A stretch of 64,000 bases of DNA from Candidatus Freyarchaeum deiterrae (GTDB lineage: Archaea > Asgardarchaeota > Jordiarchaeia > Jordiarchaeales > Jordiarchaeaceae): positions 1,600,001-1,664,000 of the forward strand of contig CP147778.1 of the NCBI GenBank assembly GCA_037305845.1. Direction: 5' to 3'. Position numbers and translations under genes: made by a program. This document shows positions 20,614-31,720 of the stretch, piece by piece (position 1 is the stretch's first letter; the number at the start of each line of letters is the position of its first letter). The notes below the pieces were generated by a model. That model worked only from the letters and a program-made list of their open reading frames with translations, was not told where the DNA came from and did not search any database.

Positions 20614-21522
20614 CTAGAATAGTAATAGGTAGATAGCAAAGGCACTAATTGCTCCAACGGCTGTTGAAACAAAATTAACGATATTGTTATCAATGGCTTT
20701 GTGTCCTCTCAAGTGGACTGTTATCTCTCCGCAGTGAATATCGTGCTCAGTGATTTTACCGCACACTGGACATTTGTAGAGTGCTTGAATCGTGGCGCCT
20801 ATTACACTATCCGCTGTGCTTCCAACAAATCCTGCTCCTATAGCTATTATCAGTAGTTTTAATCCAGTAGGTAAGCCGAAGCTTAGCGTATCTAACCAGG
20901 GGAACAAACCTAATCCAAGAAGGTTAAAATGCTGCATGAGAAAAGCCATACCACCAGTGAGTAAACCACCCAAGAGTATTGCAAGTTCTCCTAGAGGTGA
21001 AACCCCTCCTGAAGTGCCTGCTACGACTTTTTTCTTTAGGTTTGTTATTAATCTGGGAGGATGAGGATTTAACAAGCCGACCTCAGTGGCTAATGTATCT
21101 GCAGCGGCTGTAGCTACTACCCCCAGGAAGCCAGCAAAGAAAATGTCAAAGGGGCCTGATGGAATGAAAAATAAGAATACTCCTTCCATTACTGCAAGGA
21201 ATGCGGCGAGTCCTCCGTTGGCGATGACGTTTGTCCATGCTCTGGCTCCACCTTTTTCCTGAGCTGCTCCCAATCTTCTTTTTCGTTCATACTTGAATTT
21301 CGTGAACACCGCGGAAGCTAAGAAGAATACCAGTATAACTAAAAACCACGCCCAGTTGCCAAATATCCATACCGCTAAACCCACGACTAGCCCAGCTAAG
21401 AACCCCGAAAAATCGACGGCGTGTAATTTGATCGAGAGAGCTCCTACTCCTCCGACTACCGCAATACCAATTAAGAGATAAATTATATTTGTGAATTCGT
21501 TACTGAACAATGATTCAAACAT
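20614..21522 (-). CDS. DUF92/TMEM19 family membrane protein
   Basis: GARAWTNVIANGG, AADTLATEVG, GTSGGVS, DSVIGATIQ and DNNIVNF. Confidence 0.9.
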   Translation of the reverse strand: MFESLFSNEFTNIIYLLIGIAVVGGVGALSIKLHAVDFSGFLAGLVVGLAVWIFGNWAWFLVILVFFLASAVFTKFKYERKRRLGAAQEKGGARAWTNVIANGGLAAFLAVMEGVFLFFIPSGPFDIFFAGFLGVVATAAADTLATEVGLLNPHPPRLITNLKKKVVAGTSGGVSPLGELAILLGGLLTGGMAFLMQHFNLLGLGLFPWLDTLSFGLPTGLKLLIIAIGAGFVGSTADSVIGATIQALYKCPVCGKITEHDIHCGEITVHLRGHKAIDNNIVNFVSTAVGAISAFAIYLLLF

Positions 21523-21846
21523 TTTTCACGCGCCTCAATGTAAAGCATTTGCAAGGTAACGGCGGTATTTACATCCGGGGTGAATATAAAGTACTAATAT
21601 TTTGCATAGTCTTTTTTGTTTTTAAGATAAAAACGTTTCCCAAGTTCTATGCTTTAAATCGTGTTGTGTCGAAATAATAGTGGTTCTACATAAAAAGCCG
21701 AAAAATATAAGAGCTAATAATAATCCCCTGAACCTTAAAAAATATACAAGTCCATGTTTAAATTTGTACAGCACCGAAGGTGTAAAACTTTATAAAAACT
21801 AGTATAGGTATACTTTTCTAAGATTGATAGGAAGCGATGAAAAGAC

Positions 21847-22548
21847 ATGTCAAAAGTCCTTTGTGTCTCTCCAGCTTATAACGAGGAAAAAGCAGTTTCT
21901 AAAGTAATAGAAGGCGCCTTAAAAAGTACTGATGGAATAATTGTCGTCGATGATGGAAGCATAGATAACACCTTCAAAGAGGCAAGCAAGGCAGGGGCTA
22001 CAGTCGTTCAGCATGATAGAAACAGGGGCAAAGGAGTTGCACTAAAGACTGGTTTTAAAAAGGCTTTAGAGATGAACGCAGATATAGTAGTTGTTTTGGA
22101 TGCAGATGGTCAACATAATCCAGAAGAGATACCCAAACTGCTTAAAACCATGAATCGTGAGAATTCAGATGTAGTGGTGGGATCCAGATTTCTAGGGGAT
22201 ATAAAGGGTATGCCTCGAGCTCGAATTCTAAGCAACACATTAACTACAAGGATTTTACGCTTGTATTTTGGCTTACCTATCACTGATAGTCAAAGTGGTT
22301 ATAGGGCGTATAAAAGACAGCTTTTGGAAAAAGTCGAGTTTTCAGCTACCCGATTTTCTGCCGAAACAGAGATATTGGTTGATGCGTGTAGGAAAGGCTT
22401 TAAAATATCAGAGACAAAAATTCAAACGATTTATGGAGAAGAAAAATCGAAAATGCGAGTTTTTGGAGACACAGTACGTTGGCTTTGGGATGTCGACAAG
22501 CAACTAATTAAAAGTCTGAGCTATAGGCTCTCACATCGAAGCAGATAG
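21847..22548 (+). CDS. GT2 glycosyltransferase (DPM-synthase-like)
   Basis: PAYNEE, VDDGS, DADGQH and DSQSGYR. Confidence 0.92.
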   Translation: MSKVLCVSPAYNEEKAVSKVIEGALKSTDGIIVVDDGSIDNTFKEASKAGATVVQHDRNRGKGVALKTGFKKALEMNADIVVVLDADGQHNPEEIPKLLKTMNRENSDVVVGSRFLGDIKGMPRARILSNTLTTRILRLYFGLPITDSQSGYRAYKRQLLEKVEFSATRFSAETEILVDACRKGFKISETKIQTIYGEEKSKMRVFGDTVRWLWDVDKQLIKSLSYRLSHRSR

Positions 22549-22594
22549 GTGACCTATCATTCACCTATTGAAAGTTTTTAGAGACAAATATTTT

Positions 22595-24895
22595 TTAAAG
22601 ATAGTATTGTTTATCTCTGATTTCGTGTTCCTCCCATTTGGGGGTTGTGGGTAAGATAAAGTAATGGCCAATATTGCGGCTATATCTTGCTAAGTTGTCC
22701 ATTGAAGAACCACATTCCGGGCACTTGCTTTGAACACCATTGAATGATTTCGAGCAATGAAAACAGTATGTAATATCTCTAGTAAAGGCAAAATTTCCGA
22801 TTTGTGTCTCTTTACAAATCTTTTCACTTAACTCTATTAGTTTATCAGAAGATACTTTTTTTTCAAATGAAATATTCATTAGGTGTCCACCTGAGAGTAA
22901 TGGATGAAACATATTTTCTAATTTTATTCTTTCATCAAGAGTTAAGGGCGATGAAACTCGAATATTACTGGTTGAATAATAAACATTACTACCCGTGCCT
23001 CTCACATTAACGTTTTTTTTGCCAAATTTTTCAACATCTAGCTTCGCTAGTCTATTTACAGAGGAATCGGTTGTAGGTTGAGTTACTACCCATCTTAGCC
23101 CTGTGTTCGTTTTTAACTCATTTGCACGCTCGTTAAAATATTTTAAAATCTTTAACGCAAAATCTAAAGAGGACTTATTACTATCGATTGGTGTGCCTAC
23201 TTGTTTTTTAGTTGCTTCATCTAATCCAACAAAACTCAGCGAAAGTGCCGCGTTATCTATTCTATAGTATGATTCGCCTTCCAAGTCAGAACTTAGAGCA
23301 GTTAGTGTTTTATCATTAAACATTCGTTCTCTAATTGCTTCTAATTTTATTGTAAGTGCAGTTGAAGCCAAGTTTAGTCTATCATTAAGCAACTCAAAAA
23401 AAAGTTCATCATCACCATTTGATTCATAAGCAATTCTAGGCAGATTAACGATTACTGTACCGAGATTCCCAGTTCTTAGAGTATCAAGCTCCCAATCTTT
23501 ACTCCAGTCAGTACCTAGGCGTTCTAACCCTCCAGTGTAGTTAACGTTCCCATTTTGCCATATAGGTGAAAAATTGGCAAAAAATGGGTTCCCCCAAGTG
23601 GCTGAGAGTTCAAACATCTTATTAAGAACTGGCAGCAGTGTATCATCTCCCCAAATGTCAGGTCTTAATTTAAAAACTATGTTGCAATTAAGAGTCGGCT
23701 TGTCTGCCAAAGTTTCTTCTTTCATTAAAACTTCAATTAAGGCATTAACGAATAATTGGGCTTCTGCCTCAAAATCTTCGTATTTTCCTACAATTTTTCC
23801 GTTTGGGCCTATCGCAGGTTTGTTTTTCAAATGTTTGGGTGTTATGAGCTCTAAATTAAGGCTGGTTGAATGATTTATGTTACGGCATAATTCACTAATT
23901 AAACAATGCGCAACCCTTTTTGTTTCCTCGTAAGACATACCCTTTAGAAAGGGGGCCAAAAGAATGTTAAAATTGTCAATAGACTGCTCCCCACTTAAAT
24001 CGGTTTGAAACAATTCCAGCAATCTAGACAATTGCGCAATTATAGTCTCTGCAGAGACTATACTGCTTAGTGGGGTAAATAACCCTGCTTTGGATCTCAA
24101 TTCTAAGGAGAGCAGACTGTAGATATCATGTTGAATGTTATTCGGGCGTAGTACCCAGTAACTGGCATCAGGAATATGTATGACTCCAGAAAGGTGAGCA
24201 TCAGCTATTTCTCTAGGCAAGACCTTCAAAAGAAGATACTGTTCTAGAACAGCGTCCCCCGCAAGCTTATGAATGCTTTCAGAGTTTGAAAACTCAGTCT
24301 TGGGATTTTTTATTATAGTCGTAACATCGTAAACTGGAAGCCCTAGACGGGTTAATGCGTGACGATACTCTTCCAATCCTTTCTCTAATAAAATTGCATT
24401 AACAAATTCACGAATTAAGGGGGCGGTTAGATATCTTATTTTAGATTTAATCAACCGCTCTTCAGCTTCGGTAGCGATATTTTCTGCGAGTTGCCGTGGA
24501 ACTTTAGCTTCTCTTACCAATGAATCTGCAATTTTTTTTCTTTCAAATCTTTCTATTGCTAATCTTGAAGTTCTAACGAAGAGTTCCCCCTTTTCTCGTC
24601 GACTAAACTCTTCTAACATTCTAATAAATTCAACTACCTTTTCTCCTAAACTTGTTAGTGTATAGTTGTTATCTTCATCGCAGTTTACTAGCTGAGCTTT
24701 TTTGGTTAGTTCCCCAAGATGATAAGCAAACTTTCCTGCTTCTTTTTTTGTATCCATTTCCAGTAGCTGCATAATTTTAGTAAAAGAGAGAGAGCTTTTC
24801 ATACTGAGAGCTTTTAATATCTGGATGCGTGTTTCGCTAGATAACGCAGACAAGACCGCTGAAGTCAACTCCCAGTCTTCTGATTCTCCAGACAA
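22595..24895 (-). CDS. ArsR-type wHTH + ATP-cone + class III ribonucleotide reductase (NrdD)-like protein, probably catalytically degenerate
   Basis: N-terminal HTH (TRIQILKAL...YHLGEL), ATP cone (FERKKIADSL...TAPLIRE), AHLSGVIH, GNLGTVIVNLPRIA and C-terminal CxxC...CPEC. Confidence 0.8.
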   Translation of the reverse strand: MSGESEDWELTSAVLSALSSETRIQILKALSMKSSLSFTKIMQLLEMDTKKEAGKFAYHLGELTKKAQLVNCDEDNNYTLTSLGEKVVEFIRMLEEFSRREKGELFVRTSRLAIERFERKKIADSLVREAKVPRQLAENIATEAEERLIKSKIRYLTAPLIREFVNAILLEKGLEEYRHALTRLGLPVYDVTTIIKNPKTEFSNSESIHKLAGDAVLEQYLLLKVLPREIADAHLSGVIHIPDASYWVLRPNNIQHDIYSLLSLELRSKAGLFTPLSSIVSAETIIAQLSRLLELFQTDLSGEQSIDNFNILLAPFLKGMSYEETKRVAHCLISELCRNINHSTSLNLELITPKHLKNKPAIGPNGKIVGKYEDFEAEAQLFVNALIEVLMKEETLADKPTLNCNIVFKLRPDIWGDDTLLPVLNKMFELSATWGNPFFANFSPIWQNGNVNYTGGLERLGTDWSKDWELDTLRTGNLGTVIVNLPRIAYESNGDDELFFELLNDRLNLASTALTIKLEAIRERMFNDKTLTALSSDLEGESYYRIDNAALSLSFVGLDEATKKQVGTPIDSNKSSLDFALKILKYFNERANELKTNTGLRWVVTQPTTDSSVNRLAKLDVEKFGKKNVNVRGTGSNVYYSTSNIRVSSPLTLDERIKLENMFHPLLSGGHLMNISFEKKVSSDKLIELSEKICKETQIGNFAFTRDITYCFHCSKSFNGVQSKCPECGSSMDNLARYSRNIGHYFILPTTPKWEEHEIRDKQYYL

Positions 24896-25104
24896 ATTTA
24901 AACCCCGTGCTAATTAGGTTTCATTTATTTTAAATACTTATTGAACAACATATTGAAAAAAATTTTTGTTTTTTACTTATTCCCATCTTTGATTAAATGT
25001 ATAAACGTAATTGTACAGCAAGCCGCCTCTCCTCACCATCTTACAAAGCACCCTATAGATAAAACGAATTTAAATGAATTAGAAATTAATGAAGAATTTA
25101 AAAT

Positions 25105-25833
25105 TCATGAAGGACTAATCTGCCTTAATTCTTTAATCATGTCCTCAACGGATTCTATTTTGGATATTGCCAATGGAATGCCTTCCTTCTTTGCCAGCTC
25201 GATTGCAAGAGGATCAGGATCTACAAGCCCATGTAAAACGATCAGACTTGGTTTGCGCGCATTAATTTTTATGGTGATTAACGGGGAGCGCCCCGTACTA
25301 GCATTTGTGAAAATAACTCCTCTTTCGCTAGATGCATCGTACAACTTAAGAAAAGCATCACCAGAAAGCTCTCTAAAAGCACTAATACTATCAACAACTA
25401 CATATCCAAATAAATTCCTATCTAGAAACTCCTCTCCTACAACACATTCCGCCCGGATAGTAGAACAAAACTGCCGGGCATTTACAGGAGTAGTGAATTC
25501 CCGTATATCTAGAATTATGTCCGTAGGAATCTCAACACTCATTAACCGCCCAAACGCAACAGTTATTTGCCCTCCATTCTTTTCATCGATTGCAAGTAGC
25601 CCCTCAACAAAACGCTTTATAGTTTTAGTTCCAGGAGACTTTCTCCTGCTTCCCTCATAATCACTAATAACTGAAGGAGAAACATCCAAATATTCTGCTA
25701 AAATAATTTGAGGTACATGAAAAAGTTCCCGCCACTTACGCATCATCTTGCCCGGATCATCTGAAAGAGAAACCTCACCTGCCACTCTTCGAGCTAACCT
25801 CTCTGAACTACTTTTATAGATGTTCATATTCAA
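25105..25833 (-). CDS. Conserved archaeal XRE-HTH transcriptional regulator
   Basis: RVAGEV, RKWRELF, SPSVISDYEGSRRKSPG and STGRSPLI. Confidence 0.88.
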   Translation of the reverse strand: MNMNIYKSSSERLARRVAGEVSLSDDPGKMMRKWRELFHVPQIILAEYLDVSPSVISDYEGSRRKSPGTKTIKRFVEGLLAIDEKNGGQITVAFGRLMSVEIPTDIILDIREFTTPVNARQFCSTIRAECVVGEEFLDRNLFGYVVVDSISAFRELSGDAFLKLYDASSERGVIFTNASTGRSPLITIKINARKPSLIVLHGLVDPDPLAIELAKKEGIPLAISKIESVEDMIKELRQISPS

Positions 25834-25967
25834 GTTTCATAGAATTAACGCACATAAATATTTCGGCTATTATCGAAAATTATAAAAATCAGAAATTCGA
25901 AATCCTCAACAAAAATCTTATCTGTTAAAACAACTTAACCCAAACAAAGGATTTTCTAATAAACTAT

Positions 25968-26071
25968 GGGCGGATGGTCTAGAACTCTTCCTATGAGAAG
26001 AGGAGTGGAAAGTTTGGTATGATTCCTGGTTCGGGACCAGGAGGCCGTCGGTTCAAATCCGGCTCCGCCCA
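25968..26071 (+). tRNA. tRNA-Pro(CGG) with a 30-nt intron at 15/16 (25983-26012)
   Basis: Acceptor stem GGGCGGA/TCCGCCC, anticodon arm CTGGT-TCGGG-ACCAG, GTTCAAATC. The intron forms a BHB-like motif. Confidence 0.92.
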
Positions 26072-26214
26072 TCAAAAATACAAGGTATTTATTCTCCACT
26101 TTGGGGCGCTGATTCCGGCATTTCATTTAAGGAATTTTCCGGCAAATATTTTTAAGTAGATACAATTCTAAGTGTAATCAATTCGAATTAAGCTAATTTA
26201 GCGGTTAAAGGAGA

Positions 26215-28014
26215 TTGCTGAAATTGGCGGTTAAAGAAAGAATCGGAAAGATAATTAGAGTTACCGGACCTGTAATCGAAGCGGAAGGACTAATCGGAAT
26301 TCAAATGTATGAAGTATGCCGAGTTGGAGACGAAGAATTAATTGGCGAAGTAAACAGAGTTGAAGGTTCAAACGCAACAATTCAGGTTTACGAAGAAACG
26401 ACGGGCTTGAAGCCGGGCGAAAAGGTCGTAGCTACTGGAGCACCTCTATCTGTAGAGCTGGGTCCTGGTCTTATAGGTCAGATTTTTGACGGCATTCAAA
26501 GACCATTACCTATTCTCAAAGAGCAGACTGGAGACTTTATTCATAGGGGAGTGTTAGCAAAAGCTCTGCCTCGAGATAAAAAATGGAAATTTACACCAAC
26601 TGTTGAAGAAGGTGCTACGGTATCTCAGGGAGATATTGTAGGACTCGTACCCGAAACAACTACAGTAACCACTAAAATATTGGTACCGGTAGGCATCAAC
26701 GGTAAGATTACCAGCTTGGTCTCAGAAGGGGAATATACTATAGAGGACACCATAGCGCGTATTAAAACACCCCGTGGAGAGCAGGAAATCACCCTTATGA
26801 CTACTTGGCCTGTACGGCAGGGGCGTCCTTATCTCAGAAAAATGGGATCAACAACCCCCCTGATAACCGGACAGCGTGTAATCGATACTTTCTTCCCCAC
26901 AGCGAAAGGCGGAACAGCAGCAATACCCGGAGGGTTTGGCACAGGAAAAACAGTAATGCTTCACCAGCTTGCAAAATGGGCAGACAGCCAAATAGTAGTA
27001 TACTGTGGTTGTGGTGAAAGGGGTAATGAGATGACGGAGGTTTTGGAAGATTTTCCAAAGCTGGAAGACCCACGCACTGGTGAACCGCTTATGCAGCGTA
27101 CAATACTGATCGCTAACACTTCAAACATGCCCGTAGCCGCTCGAGAAGCCTCTATCTACACTGCGATTACTTTAGCCGAGTATTTCAGGGATCAAGGATA
27201 TGACATTGCGTTAATGGCCGATTCAACTTCGAGATGGGCTGAGGCACTGAGAGAGATAAGTGGAAGACTCGAAGAAATGCCTGGTGAAGAGGGGTATCCA
27301 GCATATTTGGCCTCGCGTCTCGCAGAGTTTTATGAAAGAGCTGGACGCGTTGAAACATTAGGCTCCACAGAGAGCAACCAAAGACTAGGTTCAATAACCG
27401 TTACCGGAGCTGTGAGCCCACCAGGAGGCGACTTTTCCGAGCCTGTTACCTCAAACACACTCCGCGTGGTGAAGGTCTTTTGGGGGCTAGATAAGGATTT
27501 AGCAAGCAGAAGGCATTTCCCAGCGATTAATTGGTTAAATAGTTATAGTTTGTATATTGAAAATCTAAAGGAATGGTTTTCGGCTAATGTTAATAAAGAA
27601 TTTTTAGATTTACGAAGTGAGGCTATGACATTGCTTCAGCGCGAAGATGAACTCCGTGAGGTTGTACAATTAGTTGGCCCTGACGCGCTTCCAGAAAGTG
27701 AGCGTGTGGTGCTTGAGGCAGCCCGTATGATCCGTGAGGATTACTTGATGCAATCAGCTTTGCATCCTGTTGATACTTATTGTAGCCCAGAAAAGTCGTA
27801 TGAGATGCTGAAAATTATTTTGAAATTTTATAATCAAATGAAGAACGCAGTGGAAAAGGGGGTTCCTATCACTTCGATTCAGAAAATGAGTGTACTTAGC
27901 GATATTTCTCGTTTTAAAATTGTGCCCCCAGATGAAGTTGACAAGCGTGTTAATGAAGTGTTTAAAAAGATTGACGCAGAATTCGCATCTCTGACAGTAG
28001 AAAGCCTAGCTTAA
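26215..28014 (+). CDS. atpA: A/V-type ATP synthase subunit A
   Basis: [26 protein letters not shown] and [10 protein letters not shown]. Confidence 0.97.
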   Translation: MLKLAVKERIGKIIRVTGPVIEAEGLIGIQMYEVCRVGDEELIGEVNRVEGSNATIQVYEETTGLKPGEKVVATGAPLSVELGPGLIGQIFDGIQRPLPILKEQTGDFIHRGVLAKALPRDKKWKFTPTVEEGATVSQGDIVGLVPETTTVTTKILVPVGINGKITSLVSEGEYTIEDTIARIKTPRGEQEITLMTTWPVRQGRPYLRKMGSTTPLITGQRVIDTFFPTAKGGTAAIPGGFGTGKTVMLHQLAKWADSQIVVYCGCGERGNEMTEVLEDFPKLEDPRTGEPLMQRTILIANTSNMPVAAREASIYTAITLAEYFRDQGYDIALMADSTSRWAEALREISGRLEEMPGEEGYPAYLASRLAEFYERAGRVETLGSTESNQRLGSITVTGAVSPPGGDFSEPVTSNTLRVVKVFWGLDKDLASRRHFPAINWLNSYSLYIENLKEWFSANVNKEFLDLRSEAMTLLQREDELREVVQLVGPDALPESERVVLEAARMIREDYLMQSALHPVDTYCSPEKSYEMLKIILKFYNQMKNAVEKGVPITSIQKMSVLSDISRFKIVPPDEVDKRVNEVFKKIDAEFASLTVESLA

Positions 28015-28225
28015 ATTTTCCCACATTTCTATTTTTCCATAAAAATTTCTTATATTTTTATCTTTATTTCATATTCTTGATTAGCAATATAAATTCAGAA
28101 AATCTTAATAGTCTATTGTCAGAGACTAGGAAATTAGCTTAATTGCAAAATTAATTAGACCTTTCCCAAGAATAAATTAAGAATTAGTAAGAGAGATTTT
28201 TCAATATAGTTTTGTTATTTTATTT

Positions 28226-28549
28226 TCAAACCTTGATTTCTATTCCCACGGCTCGTTTGATTAGAGTTAATATTGGATCCTCACCTTTTCTTTCACCTAA
28301 CCGGCTCGGAATTTCTAGTATAATAGGAGTTGGGCTGTCTTCGGTTAGTTTATTCAGAAAGGGGCGTATTTGATCTGCTAAAATATCTGTTGTTATGATG
28401 AGCCCCACCTCTGGTTCCTGAAAAAATTCTCGTATCTTGTGCTGCGCTTCTTCCTTATTGTTTGTCTCGAATGTTTTCGAGACTCCTGCTAGTTTTAATC
28501 CCAATATAGTATCTTTGTCCCCGACAATAGCGATTTCCAAATTCTTCAC
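28226..28549 (-). CDS. atpF: A/V-type ATP synthase subunit F
   Basis: IAIVGDKDTILGLKLAGV...PIILEIP...IKRAVG. Confidence 0.9.
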   Translation of the reverse strand: MKNLEIAIVGDKDTILGLKLAGVSKTFETNNKEEAQHKIREFFQEPEVGLIITTDILADQIRPFLNKLTEDSPTPIILEIPSRLGERKGEDPILTLIKRAVGIEIKV

Positions 28550-28730
28550 CTTGATTTACTGAGTTTTTCTTTCCATTCCCCCAATAAGGGAAGGGGATTA
28601 ATATTCTTTATGCTTGAATTTAAAATCAAAACACATTATCGTGTTGTAAATGTGCTATCTTATATTGGTTAAAATTGTTTTTTACAGAGACTTGTACAAT
28701 TTTAGATTTCTCTCATTATTTGGGGGGAAT

Positions 28731-29195
28731 TTAGATATTAGCAACTATATCCTCGAACTCCATTATTAAGTTACAATATCTGCATCTAATTCTTACTGGA
28801 TCCTTGGATATAACTGTAAATGAGGGCTGGGCTGGCTCTCTACTATTTATAATACAGTTAGGATTAACACAGCGGGGAAAACCAGTAATAACGGAGGGTA
28901 GCGATACTCTTTGCTTTTCAACTACCTCGTAGTTACGAATAATATTGATTGTTGCTTTGGGGGAAATCAGTGCTATTTTGTCCACCTCTCGGGGGTCCAA
29001 CTCTCTTCCTTCAATTTTTACTACATCCTTTCTTCCTAATTTACTGCTAGGTGTATTAATCAAAATGCTTATCGTGTATCCTTCTTTACCAGTTAACCCA
29101 AGTATTTTAAAAACGTCCAAAGCGGTACCGGCGGATATATGATCAATTACCGTACCGTCACGAATTTTACGAATCCTAAGCTCCTTTTCGGTCAT
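28731..29195 (-). CDS. pyrI: Aspartate carbamoyltransferase regulatory chain
   Basis: IRDGTVIDHI, KDVVKIE, CVNPNCI and CRYC. Confidence 0.95.
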   Translation of the reverse strand: MTEKELRIRKIRDGTVIDHISAGTALDVFKILGLTGKEGYTISILINTPSSKLGRKDVVKIEGRELDPREVDKIALISPKATINIIRNYEVVEKQRVSLPSVITGFPRCVNPNCIINSREPAQPSFTVISKDPVRIRCRYCNLIMEFEDIVANI

Positions 29196-29476
29196 AAAAT
29201 GCCTCTCGAAATTAATTCTATAACATTTCAAGTGCATAAATAATTTATTACTCTTTGGTATAACTAACTCCAATTACACTCCAAAAGATTTGCAGTAACA
29301 CCAATCTAGATAAGAACTCTATTAAATAAAGCCTCATGAAACGACAAGTATAAGTATCATGAATAGATATTACCAATCGAGACAGCGACTTATGTTTTGA
29401 GAGAACCAAGTCATTAATAAAAAGGTTTAAATGAAGGTTTTAAAAGACAAATAAAATTAGAAAGAGGGAAAAAAAT

Positions 29477-29743
29477 ATGAGCGGTACCGCAGAAAAAATG
29501 GAACAAGCGATGTTTATTTTAAAACAAATCTCAGAGGATACTGCAACCCCCCGTAACATACGCAGAGCAGCGATACAAGCAATGGATGCGTTGCAGACTA
29601 ACGAGGATTCTTCGGCAGTTAAAGCCTCAAACGCTATATCCATACTGGATGAAGTATCACAGGACCCAAATTGTCCATTACATAGCAGGACAAAAATTTG
29701 GAACACAGTTTCGATATTAGAAACGATTAGCGACGAGGAGTAA
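29477..29743 (+). CDS. UPF0147 family protein
   Basis: D.ATPRNIRRAA and ILDEVSQDPNCPLHSRTKIW. Confidence 0.9.
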   Translation: MSGTAEKMEQAMFILKQISEDTATPRNIRRAAIQAMDALQTNEDSSAVKASNAISILDEVSQDPNCPLHSRTKIWNTVSILETISDEE

Positions 29744-29988
29744 TCTGAAAAATGTTTTGTTTAAAAAAGAAAATTGAAGCCCATAAATTAATTATTGGTA
29801 AAAGTATAAACACAGCTGTTCTTGCAAGTTTAATCAAATTCTTTGCAGCTTGACTTTTTCTAGATACATTTTGAAATCTAGAATTAATATGATATCATTT
29901 GGTTAATAAAGTCATATTTACAAATTTTAATATTTTTGATACAAAAAAACTATAAGTAATTGAGAACGATTATTTTTTGGTTTTATAA

Positions 29989-31416
29989 TTGACTCGGCAA
30001 TCAATTTTAATTAAAATTCGAGGAATATATTCAACAGCATTTACTAAAATTGTGAGAGACAGTGGATTTAAAATTACGCAAGCCACACCCGTACAAGTTG
30101 AAAGATTTAATTTAGAGAATAATTTTGAGCAGCCAGATGTGGATATAGTTGATTTCGAGAATAAACAGGGAGTTATAATTACCGGAGAAACCAGTAAAGT
30201 AAAAAAATTTGAAGAAGTATTAAGAACAGAACTCGAAGATGCAGTGTTTAGAATACCAATTATTAAATTGAACTCGCTGTATAAAGGAAAAGTAGTAAAA
30301 ATTGCAGGCAATAAAGCATTTGTTGATATTGGTAACTGTCACGCTCTTCTCCTAGACGAGGCAGTAAATGAAGGAGAAGAACATGTGATCGAAATTGTAA
30401 AAACAAATATACAAAATCCCATAGCAACAACCGAGATTTCAATAATCGGAAAGTATGTAATACTAATCGAGCAAGAAGGCATCAAAATCAGTAAAAAAAT
30501 CAGAAACAGCGAAAACAGACAAGAGCTATACTCACTGGGGGAGAAAATAAAACCAGATAACTGGGGGATAATTTTTAGGACCGGAGCAGCAAATCAAGAT
30601 CCAAACGTTTTAATTCAAGAAGTATCCGAACTAAACAAAAAAGCAAAGGAGTTAATGAAAAGAAAAAAAGAAACCACAAGCCCAGCACTTCTGTTGGAAG
30701 GCAATGAAAATATATTCATCGAGTTTACAAGCAAAGCTAAGAAAAAGCTGGATGATATCAGACAAGAAATCGTAAAAACCATTAATCAGCATCATTACTA
30801 TAAATCAATAGGACATGAATATTCTCTACTCGTTGACTTTGCAGAAGAAATTTTAACAAAATACCCAAAAATGGAAAATAGCGTCCTAGAAATTTTTAAC
30901 AAAATATACAACAGCGAATTTCCCAAAGAAGGTGACCCAATCCTAATCGAACACATAAAAATAAACGGCTATCAATTCATACTTTCCGGCATTCTAACCG
31001 ACATAGAACCCCACAATCACAATTTGGTTGTGAGACGGCAGTTTAAAGGCGGCGGATACTTTGATGGACTCAATACACCTAAGCAAACAGGAGACTACGG
31101 AATAACCGAAATCAAACTCGGATCCTGGAACCTACAAACAGAATATTACTCAAAAAATGGTGAATTTAAGGGAGCATACTACAACATAAACTCGGGAATA
31201 GAGTTTTATCCACCTAACAGACTTAGATACATAGACCTCGCTATAGACGTAATAAAATGGCCCAATGGAGAAGCAAAAATCATAGATAGAGAAGAACTCA
31301 ACGAAGCGTGCAAAAGCAAGCTAATATCAGAAAAGCTGAAAATAAAGGCTGAACAAGAAGCCGAGGGAATACTTGAAAAATTGGAAACGGAAAACAAAAC
31401 TAATAATTCCACATAG
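29989..31416 (+). CDS. fau-1: FAU-1-like RNA-binding ribonuclease (RNase E/G-like + DUF402)
   Basis: IRGIYSTA N-terminus, HHYYK, C-terminal GAYYNIN...RYIDLAIDV. Confidence 0.85.
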   Translation: MTRQSILIKIRGIYSTAFTKIVRDSGFKITQATPVQVERFNLENNFEQPDVDIVDFENKQGVIITGETSKVKKFEEVLRTELEDAVFRIPIIKLNSLYKGKVVKIAGNKAFVDIGNCHALLLDEAVNEGEEHVIEIVKTNIQNPIATTEISIIGKYVILIEQEGIKISKKIRNSENRQELYSLGEKIKPDNWGIIFRTGAANQDPNVLIQEVSELNKKAKELMKRKKETTSPALLLEGNENIFIEFTSKAKKKLDDIRQEIVKTINQHHYYKSIGHEYSLLVDFAEEILTKYPKMENSVLEIFNKIYNSEFPKEGDPILIEHIKINGYQFILSGILTDIEPHNHNLVVRRQFKGGGYFDGLNTPKQTGDYGITEIKLGSWNLQTEYYSKNGEFKGAYYNINSGIEFYPPNRLRYIDLAIDVIKWPNGEAKIIDREELNEACKSKLISEKLKIKAEQEAEGILEKLETENKTNNST

Positions 31417-31534
31417 AGAAAAAATAATATATAATGGGAAAACTTTTAAAAAAACACGACCATTCTCCTTTAGAAAATCTAATAAAAATTTTTGTCTACA
31501 AATGAGCCCCAAAGTGTAATGTGGTATTAAAGTT

Positions 31535-31720
31535 GCGGGGATTTCCAAGTGGTCAAAGCCTGACGGGTGGCCAGAGGAGGCAGACAGGAATCAAATCCCT
31601 GGCCGAGGCTCAGGACCTGCTGGCGCAGAGGCTCTCTGAAAGCTAGAGCCGCGAAAGCCTTCGCGTGTTCGAATAGAAGCATCATAAAGATGCTCCTCGA
31701 GTGTCACGCTCCCCGCACCA
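31535..31720 (+). tRNA. tRNA-Leu(CAG) with four BHB introns (31557-31574, 31584-31607, 31629-31656, 31674-31703), CCA encoded
   Basis: Splicing at canonical BHB cut sites gives an 86-nt cloverleaf: GCGGGGATTTCCAAGTGGTCAAAGGAGGCAGGCTCAGGACCTGCTGGCGCAGGCCTTCGCGTGTTCGAATCACGCTCCCCGCACCA. Confidence 0.9.

Noticed and set aside
27350-27395. Short insertion STESNQR in AtpA as an in-frame intron
   Set aside because: No inner hairpin or BHB found, and this loop is variable in length.
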